DNA of 64,000 bases from Octopus sinensis (taxonomy: Eukaryota): assembly GCF_006345805.1 (NCBI RefSeq), contig NC_043008.1:44764001-44828000 (forward strand), written 5' to 3'. The position numbers and the translations under genes were made by a program. The notes below the pieces were generated by a model. The model made no database searches, was not told where the DNA came from, and saw nothing but the letters and a program-made list of their open reading frames with translations. The stretch's first letter is position 1. The number at the start of each line of letters is the position of its first letter. Positions 52,903-64,000 of this stretch are shown here, in pieces.

Positions 52903-53284
52903 CAGGCGTGGCTGTGTAGTAAGATGTTTGCTTCCCAATCACATGGTTCCCGGCTCAATCCCGCTTCGTGGCACCTTGAGCATGTGCCTTCTACTATAGC
53001 CTCTGGCCAAAGAAAGTCTTCTGAGTGGATTTTCGTAGACGAAAACGGAAAGAAGACCGTCGTATGTCTGTATGTTTCTTGTATCTGTATGTTCCCTACC
53101 TCCGCTTTACAACCGGTCTTAGTGTGTTTACGTCCCTGTAGCTTAGCTGTTCGGTAAAAGTGAGTGATAGAATAAGTACCAGGTTTATGAAAATATTGAA
53201 AACTGGAGTTGATATTTTCGACTAAAAATTCTTCAAAGTTGTGCTCCAGTATGGCCGCAATCTAGTGACTGGAAGAAGTAAAAG
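52903..53284 (+). mobile_element. SINE family B, full length, head-to-head with the previous copy
   Basis: gtggctgtgtagtaag..ggcaccttgagcatgtgcc..gtgctccagtatggccgc. Confidence 0.8.
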
Positions 53285-53377
53285 TTGAACGATATCTGTA
53301 TTCCATCAACGCTGTTTAGAGCGTGTCTAACTATTTATGTTTAGCTTATCAAAGCTTTGCTCACATAAGTAAAAATA

Positions 53378-53715
53378 ACGTTCTGAGTTCAAATTCCGCC
53401 GAGGTCGACTTTGCCTTTCATCCTTTCGGGGTCGATAAATTAAGTACCAGTTACGCACTGGGGTCGATGTAACCGAATTAATCCGTTTATCTGTCCCTGT
53501 TTGTCCTCTCTGTGTTTAGCCCCTTGTGGGTAGTAAAGAAATAGATATTTCGTCTGTCTTTACGTTCTAAGTTCAAATTCCGCCGAGGTCGACTTTGTCT
53601 TTCATCCTTTTGGGGTCGATAAATTAAGTACCAGTTGCGCACTGGGTTCGATCTAATCGACTGGCAACCTCCCCCAAAATTATGGGCCTTGTGCCTGGAG
53701 TTGAAAGAATAAATA
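53378..53715 (+). mobile_element. Two tandem 5'-truncated SINE family A units
   Basis: The units restart at acgttctgagttcaaattcc (53378) and acgttctaagttcaaattcc (~53562). Confidence 0.85.
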
Positions 53716-54912
53716 TCCGTGTTTCATGTATATTTTCATCCCGAATATATGTATTACCCGTAGCAGACCTCCCTTGTATTCTGTATTACACGGCGAATAT
53801 TTTACAAATAATGAAGTTACGGTTTGCTACAATTCCAATTGGATGCAGAACCGTCTCAAAACATATATTATTCATTGTGTTATTACAATCACAAACACGT
53901 GCGTTTGCGCTCGCCCCCCCCCCCACACACACACAAGTTATAAAACGAAGTGTTTGTTTTCTATGCTGTCTTAATTTAATATAATTCATTTCTTTTTAAT
54001 TTGCCATCGAGGAGCGCCACGATTTTAGCGGGAAGGATGGATCTTGTTTATTTGGTCGGAATTTCGCTTCGAAGTTAAAAAGATTGGCAACGATTGCATT
54101 CGAATCACAGCAGTCGATATCGTTTGTTCTCCGGATTCAATCTATTATAGTTATCACTACTCGACTTCTGCCAGTTGTTGCCATATATTCTCATCATACA
54201 ATGTCCGGCCTTGACTGGCCGTGTAAGTGGTTCCGCTAATTCAAATACATGAGGTTTATAAATCGCCAAGAAATTTATGTGGACATGTTTCGCCTTGCAT
54301 TCATCAACTCAACAATCATGCTCAACACACGTCATCGAAATGCGGGATCTTTGTATAAAATTGACACATTTTATTGCTATGAAATAGAAAAACACGTGAA
54401 TTTAGAATGTAATGTTGTAGGAAGTAGAGTATGTGTGAAAATGTGAGGAAAGAAATTGTGCCATGCCAGAAATAATCAACCGGAGACAAATGAGAGAATT
54501 ACATCGAAAGAATTGAGATAAGCGAGGATATTTCACTGAGCTTTATATTTGCTAAAAGAAACATATAAATGCATTTTCATAAATCAATTTCATAATTGTT
54601 GAGAATTAATTGAATATAACAATATACGTTAATGATACAATAGTATTAGTGTACAAATATATAATGTATCAAATACGAAACATGGCATGAATTGTCATCG
54701 GTTAATTCTGTAATATATGACGGGATAAGTCAAAGAGAAATATGTGAAAATAAACCTTGTTGAATAACTAGAAAAGTAGAACGAGTGTGAAGAAAATAGT
54801 TTCTTTTCAATACTCAGCAGGAGTAATTGAATTAAAACAATCAGAATGGCTGTGGGTTCATGTCGAAGCACCTGATATCGTTGCTGTTGTATCGTTTGCT
54901 ATTGTTGTAGTG

Positions 54913-54985
54913 CAGTGCTGCCCAACGTCAAGCCCGCTGGCCGGATCCGGCCCACGAAGCCTTAGATTCCGGCCCGCTAGTCGGT
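54913..54985 (+). mobile_element. hAT-type terminal fragment
   Basis: CAGTGCTGCCCAAC..GCCCGCTGGCCGGATCCGGCCC resembles hAT (Charlie-like) TIR and subterminal GGCCC repeats; the other end was not found. Confidence 0.5.
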
Positions 54986-55104
54986 CTTCACTTTATGGGT
55001 ATCTGCAAAACAAATTACAAAAAACGTATTCGTAGATCACAAAAAATCACATTAAAATATCCTCTTTATGTTGAGGAACTGCCACACCTCTGAGCTGAGA
55101 CTAG

Positions 55105-55215
<111 letters not shown>

Positions 55216-58200
55216 CTGTGTCTCTCGCTGGGTGTTCAATAATTTCTCAGCAATTCCAAGTCGCTGAAAAAATGGTTTTCACATATAAATAGCATTGAAT
55301 AGGGCGTATCGATTGAAATCTAACATGAAGATTGAGGCCATCTCAGAATTCCAAAGAAACGCACGAAGGAAATACGTTTCCTGATTATGAATACAAAATA
55401 TGCACAAAATTTACTGTTACGAACTATGTTCGCCCCCTGGTGTATAGAAACGAACTGAAGCGTCTGCTTGTTTGTTTGACATTTGTTTAGAAATTCTTAT
55501 AATCGATATTTGAGAAATATAATTCCTTTTCTAAAATTTTAAATAATATTTTTGAATTTCATTTGCAGTATTGATGGAGAAATCCGAGCTTACATTGTTT
55601 ACGGACATGTTTACAATTTACAAACTTTAATATTTTGTGCATATTTTAGCCACATTTTACATAATATATTCTGCCCGTGTTTCTATATATATGTTTTTCT
55701 GTATAATAATTACCGATATAACTGTCCTTTAGTTGGTTGTTTGGTTGGTTTCCTGATTGATTTCTTGGTTCGGTCGTTCGTTGTTTCGTTTGTCCGTACG
55801 TTCGTTATTTTTTCAGTCACAATTTAGGTCGTGTTGAGAGAGAGAGAGAGAGGGCACAATGGAGTAGAACCCAGGTTAACGAAGTGGGACCTAAATACGC
55901 AGAAAAATGTTCTGAAAGTCACAGGGGATGGTAAAGTGGAATGGCAAAACTGATAAATGATATTTGGTCGATAATCTGGATTAATTATTGCTGCACATGG
56001 AGCAATGAATCAACTGTGGGCATCTTAGATACGAAGTCGCAGTTAACAATTACTCAGAATGATATATGACTGGGTAATATGTAGTATACTTTCGCTAAGT
56101 GATGCCAATACCTATGTGGTCGCGGTCGTACTGTCAGGACCCCAATGCTCAAATCTGACTCGATTCATTGCATGATTCAGGATGGGGCAGCTGAGAAATG
56201 AGAGATAGACACAGGGAGATACAGAAAGATAGAGAGAAAAAGACAGGGAGCAAGAGAGAGAGTGAGACAGAGTGAGAGAGGGGTGCTATTCTATCTTTGA
56301 GTTGATAGAGTTTATCACAAAATATACTATTTCTAAGTAAAATGAAGTGTCTTGTTCAAAGATAAAATTTGTCGACTGAAGAAGGAATTGAACTCATGAG
56401 TTTATGTTCACAAGTGAAACACCTCAACTACCTGGCCTTACACATTGACAGGTAAGAAAGTGAAATGAAATATAAATAGATATGTGCTGCTTACTTAAAA
56501 ACCACCCACACAGTATTAGTGTATGTTGTGATACAGAAATGATACACAACCAGTACAACCAAATAATTTTGCAGCCTGGGTTTTGCTTATTGTTTACCAA
56601 GTGAAACCATCATTAGTTTTGTTTGGTTTACTGTTTGTTTGGTTGAGAATTATTTTTACGTTGTTCTTTTGTTTTTAAGTTGTTTTTAACTCTTTCAGTT
56701 AGAGAAAAGAAATCGTTACACAGTCACCAGTGATTCCGTCATAACGTTTAGAATATGGATATACAGTTATATTTCTGTATGTTTGAGTCTATATGTCTGT
56801 GTGTCTGTGTGTGTATCAGATCAGTGTGTACGTGTGTCCATGTATAAAAGAATGAACAGGAAATGTCTTCTCTGGGATATTTCTTTACATATTTGTTCGT
56901 GTGTAACAAACACCCAAATTCAAAGTATCAAATATGGCGGTTAAGTTTGGAAACCAACATATTTCCGCTCATTTACAAAAGTACAAACGAAAATATTTGC
57001 TTTAACTTGCCGCACTCGATATTCCTAACCGATATTACCAATAAAGATACAAATATAGCTACGTTTTGTTTAATCTTCACCTTCTAAATTGAGGAAGCTC
57101 GGAACATTAGTGAATATTCAAAGGAGATTGTTAATGTCGATTAGCATTCTAGCTTGTGGACAAAACGAAAGCGAATGTGTCATGATGTAAACTAAGCAAA
57201 CCTGTTATGAAATGTAAATTTATTCTGCCTCCTGCCTCATGTACTTAACACAATATACATCAGGTCAACTTGAAAAGATGAGTTATTGATCGCTTCGTTC
57301 TTTGAAATGATCTCTCGTAGCTTTCAATGGTTCTGTTAATATTTGTTTTTCTAGCTTCGATTATCATCATATTTCCAAGTTGTAATATTATTTTATTAAA
57401 ATCATATTTACGTCACTATTATATTCGCTGTTTATTTCAGTTTTAACAAAAACGCAGTAGATTTACTGCCGTAAAAAAAAACCCACCAACACAACGTGTA
57501 TATTTCACGACACAGGTACATATACATTGACATATAGCTCATATTAATGCATTCTTTAACACAAATGTATTCCGTTATCTCCCATTAAACATTTTTTTGT
57601 TTTTGAAATTGTTATTTTTAGCTCTTATCTTAATTCCCAGATGATTCATAATGAAGACCTGATCAAAGGTGTTCCCATCTATGGATATCCTCCTTGTCTT
57701 TTGACAGCTAACTGAGATTACACCTTGCGGTGAGTTTAATGTTTGAAAAAAGGTAAAAAGTCTGATATGTCGGAGCATAACTGCTATCTTTATCAAGTCG
57801 AGCAATAATATAAAGGTAATAACATTGGCCCCCCTTTTTTTTTGTAAAATTAAACAAAACCTGGTGTATTGGTGGGGTTGTCAGGGTTTCAGTGTTCGAG
57901 AAAATTCCTTGCATAACTGGCTCTTTATATACTGAGTTCAAATCCGAGTCGTGTCGCCTTTGTCTTTAACCCTTCTACGATCGATAACATAAAATATAAA
58001 TCAATCACTGATATTGAGGTATTTGTCTAATATCTCTCGTCAAATAGTTTCAATTTTTGGTTAACTTATAAAGTGTTGATCAATCCAAATGTGTCAAAGA
58101 GCCGTGCCAAAGGATGAACTAAATACCAAATAATAATTTTACTATTATCCATTTAGATGTCAAATTGTTACAGATGGAATAATTAAACATTTACTTTTGG

Positions 58201-58655
58201 TATGTGCTCCTTATAAGTTTTACAAAAATATACAGATTATAAATATCAAATATATATATGTAGAAAGTATGGTTGGTGATTACGTGCTTGGATACATAAG
58301 GAATGAAATAAGATGAAAAAATGTAAAAGATTTGTTTTACAAGACTAAAGAATATATTAGAATCATAATAGCAAAATTATTATAAAATATTGTATACAAT
58401 AAGATTCTTTCCTTACAACATAATAATCGCTTTTCGAAATTTAAGTTTTGGATGCAATTCTGAATTAGATATTTTGTTTTTCTAGGCGGGATAATTGGTA
58501 GCTAAGGTGTGTTTTTTATTCAGTAAAGAGGAGGTAAATCAGTAATTTTTAATATTGGTCTACATTTGATTCTGGCTTATATCTTACAATAGATGGGGTA
58601 TATTCCCACAGCGTAATAGAGACGGGTAGACAGTCTGGCAGATAAACACAAAAAT

Positions 58656-58690
58656 AGATAGATAGATGGATAGGTAGATAGGTAGATAGG

Positions 58691-58770
<80 letters not shown>
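58656..58770. repeat. (TAGA)n microsatellite
   Basis: Directly visible. Confidence 0.95.
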
Positions 58771-60656
58771 CTCACAGGTAGACACACAGACCGACAAGAA
58801 GAGAGACAAACAGACAGACACGTATAGATATATATATAATGCTGTCATTCAACCTGCTAAGTAATATTTACAATCTGCTGAATATTCTCATTGGTCTTAA
58901 ATCTCAATATATTCCAGGACCAAAACATGCCTCACCATTGTCACTGGGGCTTCCAGAAACAACAGTCAAATCACCCTGTTGTCATACCTGTCGTCTTTGA
59001 CAATGAAGGACACCTAAGATAACATATTCGAACATATTACAGCCAACACAATGTCGAGAAAATGGTAGGTAGGAGTGTTTTGTAAGAAAAGGTCTATAGA
59101 ACCAAATTTGACATGGTACTAAATAAGATACACAATGGGAAGTATTGAATTATGGAAACAAAATGGCTGCTAGGACATTCCATTTGTCATGAATTATATT
59201 TTATTACATGAAGTCATTACTTTCAAATTTACTTCACAATAAAGGATTGATGTGATTTTGGCAACACTCCGTTGATTACATTTATAGAAAATAAGTTATT
59301 TATGAATTCTTATGAAGTAACGAACTCCAACGTTTATCTTTTCATAGAGTAATATCCATACGTAAATATATATTTATATATATTTATTTATGCATACATA
59401 AATATACATATATGTCCACATAACACGTTAACACACTACACACAGTTTATGTGTGTGTATGTGTGTGTCTGCGTTTGTGCGTGTGTGTGTGTGTGTGGTG
59501 TATGTATGTGCGTGTGGACACAGGTTGACAGTATATAGGTAGATAGTGGATATGATAAAGAGATATATGCGTTTCATGTTTGTGAGGAAATGCAATATAA
59601 GTGTAACTCAATAACTACTTGATAACGCAACGGATATTAGTTATTACACTATAAATACATCTACATTCGATATCATGAGACGTAGAAAATAAGATCAGTC
59701 GCTCTAACTGTTAGAAGCATCAACCAACTTTTCCAGAAGTCACACCCTGCAACCTTAGAACAGCAACGACATTAAATACGGTGATCCGCTGTGAAATTTG
59801 CATAGATAAAGGACTTGATGGTCATGACTGGAATATTATTGAGCATAGATCAACTTCATCGATAACAGGAACAGGAGAATGCAATATAAATATTCGGGAT
59901 ACGTGAAATAACGGAAATAACAACTCCGTGTTCGTTATTTCGCATCTGAACATCTAAAGAAGTAAGGTTGTATTGAATAATGTAATGTCAGTTATATAAA
60001 GTTTGAATAAACATGCAGCAGAGTCAGGAATGAAATGTTTTTTCCCGTGATGGAAATTACATGTGGAGTTCTACCGAAGGAGACCAGCAACAGCTTGGTA
60101 TCAAAATTCTCTACTGAATGAGTTTTCAGATCTATATAATAATTTGCTTGTTCGTTCACCCGTGGTGCTTTAGTTAGGGAGGTGGAGGTGGAGTGAGTGG
60201 GTGGTTGTGTAAGCGTGAGATAGCAGAGGGAGAGAAATGTGAGTAGAGAAGAAAGAAACGAGGAGTATAATATTACACTAAAGCCAAGACAGTGAGAGAA
60301 AAGTGGGAGAAAGAAGTGTTGATGACATGCTGCAAGGGTAGGGAGGGAAAGGTGACGAGAAAGAGAGAGATGTTGAAGAAATGAAGGGGTACATTACATG
60401 CTTAAATAGAGAGATAGAGAGAGATATAAAGAGTTCAAAGGCGATAAATCTTAAAATCATATAATATATTATTGTGACTGGAGCTATTTCTTTCTTAAAT
60501 AGTTCTCTTAATCGTTTTCCTTCTGTGAAATTTCCACAGTTCCTATTAGTAAATTGTGATCATGGGTAACTACATTTTAGATAGCACGCCTAGATTAGTG
60601 CAAACAATACGTGGAAATATTTACTTTGTGGATAATTTCAAACAATTTCAAACAAG

Positions 60657-60688
<32 letters not shown>

Positions 60689-61757
60689 CATACATACATA
60701 TATACATATATACATATATACATATATAGATGTTTATGTATTGTGTACATACATGTGTGCATATGTGTAGCTGTATAGTTGCGTGTGTGGGTCAGTCCCT
60801 CTGCGTCAAATATGTGTGCGTGTGTATGTATGTATATATGTGTATACGTATATTCATATTTAAGGCTCCGGTGAAGCTATAAAGTGTTATTCACACACAG
60901 AGCCATGAGTTCTCTATATCTTATAGCAGAAACAACTTTAAGCTAATGAAGGTCCTCGGGTAGTCATTTATTCCATTGTCACATCTCTTTCTGATACACA
61001 CACACATCTATTTATAAATATAACGTAATATAATATATACATGTGATATATATATATAATATGTACATAATACATAGTATATATAATGTAATCTATAATA
61101 TAGTATATGAAATATATATGATATACAATATATATGTACCCACGTAAGTTTCTTTGTATGTATGCATCTGTGTATCTCTCTCTCTATATATATATATATA
61201 CTATATGTGTATCTCCTATGTTAAAAGATAAACTTGTGTAATGTATAACTTAAATATGTAAAATGAATTTACCTCATTTTTCAAAATTTCTCAATACACA
61301 CACGCATATGTATGTTTGTGTATGTGAGGGGCTGCCTGTATATGTGTGCATGAGTTTGCATCTGCGCTATAATCATCAACATCATTATCACCATCATCGT
61401 CATCATCATCATCAGCCGCGGCATCATTAAATTTATTGCAAAAACAAAACATTTATGCATTGGAACGTCTGTCTTTAGAATCTTAAAATTTTATGAAATA
61501 TGAAACTGCAATGAGGTACAGTTGTCAACCATCTTGAAACATACAAAATTTACGTTCCTTTGACATCTCGTGAAATAAATGGAAATTTAATGGACTAATT
61601 TTATTTGGAGATTTTATACATTGTTCGACCAAAATTTCTTCAATTTCAAATCTCTATTTCAAATCATGGCAATTTGAAACGAAAAATACATCCTTGAAAT
61701 TGAGAAAGAGACTTATGAAATGCATCCAAACAGCGCACAGAACAGGCATTATTTTTA

Positions 61758-62112
61758 CCACTTATTTTGCCGGATTCCAAAGGCAAAATTAAAGAAATTA
61801 TATACAGATAAAAGGTTACTTCAGAAGGGCAGGTATACTGTTATATAGGAGCTACAGAAAATTATATAAAAGAGTGATAGCTTATCACGATAAAATATTT
61901 AGGGTTAAGTATAGAATAAAGATAAAAATAAGGACTATACACTAACCTGGGAGATAATTAACCGGGCTAAACCTTACAGTATATGAAGTAAAAGATGTGA
62001 ATTGTGTGTCCAAGAATTCTACCAGATTGTCACATCCAAACTAATATTAGTTAACCACAAGATTGAAAGATTAATGAGTTGTGTTCACCAGGCTAAGTAT
62101 ATTTACAGTGTG
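61758..62112 (+). pseudogene. Penelope-like GIY-YIG endonuclease remnant, absent from the ORF track
   Basis: EIIYR*KVTSEGQVYCYIGATE (YIG at 61842-61850), then frameshifted WEIINRAKPYSI*SKRCELCVQEFYQI..LVNHKIERLMSCVHQAKY. Confidence 0.85.
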
Positions 62113-62377
62113 TACGAATAATTGCATAATAATTGCTATTAAATTAAACTGGTGTACAGGGTAAGTTAGTAATGTAAACCAAAGTTTAATTTCATACAGC
62201 TGATAAGAAATATTATAAAAAAGAGAAAAGATACTAACCAGTCAATTGGATATACAAAAAGTTAACTTAGGTTATATGAACAGTAATTGAGAAATATCTA
62301 CTTGTATTAATAATTATTGTTTTCTACTCTAACCACAAGAACTTAATTTGTTTCTTTTTGTTTTTTGGTGGGGGGGG

Positions 62378-62545
62378 GAAGTCGATTACATGGAGCCCAG
62401 TACGCAAATGGTACTTAATTTATCGACCCCAAAAGGAGGAAAGGCAAAGTCGACCTCGGCTGCATTTGAACTCAGAACGTAAAGACCAACGAAACACCGC
62501 TAAGCATTTCGCCCGGTGTACTAAAGTTTCTGCTATTTCATCGCC
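62378..62545 (-). mobile_element. SINE family A variant
   Basis: aagtcgattacat..ggtacttaatttatcgacccc..gaactcagaacg.. Confidence 0.8.
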
Positions 62546-62974
62546 TTAATATTAACAATTATTATTAAAGATAATAAATATATAAGTATCAGTAGTAATA
62601 ACACCAATTATAGGGGTGGTGGTGGAGTAGTGGTAATAGTAGCAAATGAATACACTAGGTATGGCAAAGCTACAAACATTAATGACAGTAAACTGATCTT
62701 AAGAGCTCAAAAGTAATAAATTGAGATATGGCAGTTAATTCATTTCTTTGTCCACTTGGGTCAAAGGTTTAGCTTGAGCTATTTTTAGAACGATACTACC
62801 ATACGGTTGAATAAACAAATAAATAAAAAACAAAAAACTTTTAGGTTGGATTTAATTTCCACTTCGAAGAAGTCTATATATATATATATATATATATATA
62901 TCACAAAAGAGGGGTGTATTTCCACGCAGGAGAACAATATAGGAAAATTTGTTGTTGAAAATGTACCTAAGTTT

Positions 62975-63846
62975 GAAAAACTTGTAATAGTTTAAAATAA
63001 GTTTACTTACAGAATTATGAATTCGAAAAGCATATTTAAAAGGTTCCATGCTGACAAGTTTAAATATTCATAACAGACGAATTTAGAATTATGGATTAGA
63101 AAAAAAATTCGATGTTGATGATTTTAAATGTTCGTAACAGTCAATAATATTAAAACTGTACATCAATCTGTTTGAGTGTACAAAGCCCATTAATGTTAGT
63201 AGTGATCGACAAGAAATGAATATCATCAAAGTTTCAGTCATATTGAGTAAAGAGGGGAAAAAACAAGGGAGAAATGAAGATAGTAAAAAAAGGGAATTGG
63301 TTTACAATTTCTCTGATCCTCTTTCTGTCGTGTGTAGGAACATTCGCTTGTAACGGTGTGTTTTTAGAACCCGGTGTATTTATATTTTTTCAGCGAGCGA
63401 ATCTGATTTTGGATTTGTTAAAATACTGGTGGGGTCTTGTTTTTCCGGTGGTCAAGTTTGTCGTTCTCCTGGTTGGCTTCCCTGTGGGGAACGGTCATCA
63501 GTCGTTGCGGTTGGTTGATTCTCTTAAAGAGTCATTATGCTGCATTTGCGAAAGTTTGGTTTTTGATTAGTCTAGATTTAGGTGACGTCAGGAACTGGTG
63601 CTTGTAAAATTTCACCGTCTTAATATTATTGACTGTTATGAACATTTAAACTTGTCAACATCGTAATTTTTCAACAAGTTTTTCTAATTCATAATTCTAA
63701 ATATTTCTGTAATGAACATTTAAAGTTGTCAACATTGAACCTTTTAAACATGTTTTGTAATTCATAATTCTAAATATTTACCATTGATAAACAAAAAAAT
63801 TTGTTGAAACTAATTTGGTATAAATTTATTTTAAACAATTACAAGT
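62975..63846. mobile_element. Foldback-like element: long imperfect inverted arms with internal tandem subunits
   Basis: The reverse complement of 63620-63771 matches 63011-63153, and that of 63820-63846 matches 62977-63004. Confidence 0.55.
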
Positions 63847-64000
63847 TTATTTACACTAATAATATATCAAAAACCATAAAAATAAACAAGATTATGACAG
63901 TTTTATAGATATTTCAAAATTATGATGCTATGAAGCTAGGTGTTTCCATTCTTTTTCCGACCCCTCTATCTACTCAGTACACGGTAGACTTTAATATATT

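Noticed and set aside
57575-57805. ORF with SIDGNTFDQVFIMNHLGIKI resembling a LINE RT thumb
   Set aside because: The similarity is short and weak, with no flanking RT motifs.
60170-60430. Purine-rich tract as a functional triplex or regulatory element
   Set aside because: It is consistent with a decayed (GA)n repeat, and there is no other support.
61977-61990. In-frame TGA in the GIY-YIG remnant as selenocysteine (reported for some Naiad-clade PLEs)
   Set aside because: The TGA aligns with a Gly rather than a Cys position, other stops and frameshifts are present, and no SECIS was seen.
63274-63570. Hydrophobic 98-aa ORF as a membrane protein
   Set aside because: It lies in the spacer of a foldback-like repeat, reflects T/G strand bias, and has no recognisable motif.

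Overview
AT-rich, repeat-dominated eukaryotic (animal) DNA with no supportable host protein-coding gene. The SINE families resemble those I recall from coleoid cephalopods (Octopus); this is an inference, not a database result. Nearly all long ORFs in the supplied track are microsatellite artefacts. The real coding remnants are all from transposable elements: L1/Tx1-type LINE RT and C-terminal zinc finger, Penelope-like RT (YRDD region) and two GIY-YIG endonucleases, a Merlin/IS1595-type DDE transposase, and an internally deleted DD37D (maT) mariner. There are also many tRNA-derived SINEs, several with clear TSDs, a MITE with 8-bp TSD, a foldback-like element and a 31/36-bp minisatellite. The most notable signal is about 12 minimal type-I hammerhead ribozyme (HHR) motifs from several unrelated sequence families. 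They usually sit next to (TA)n tracts and often within inverted repeats. Four have canonical intact cores (one of them duplicated by a perfect 168-bp-arm palindrome), and two carry compensatory core swaps (G3:C8 and U3:A8). All folds and alignments were made by eye, and no ribozyme activity has been tested.
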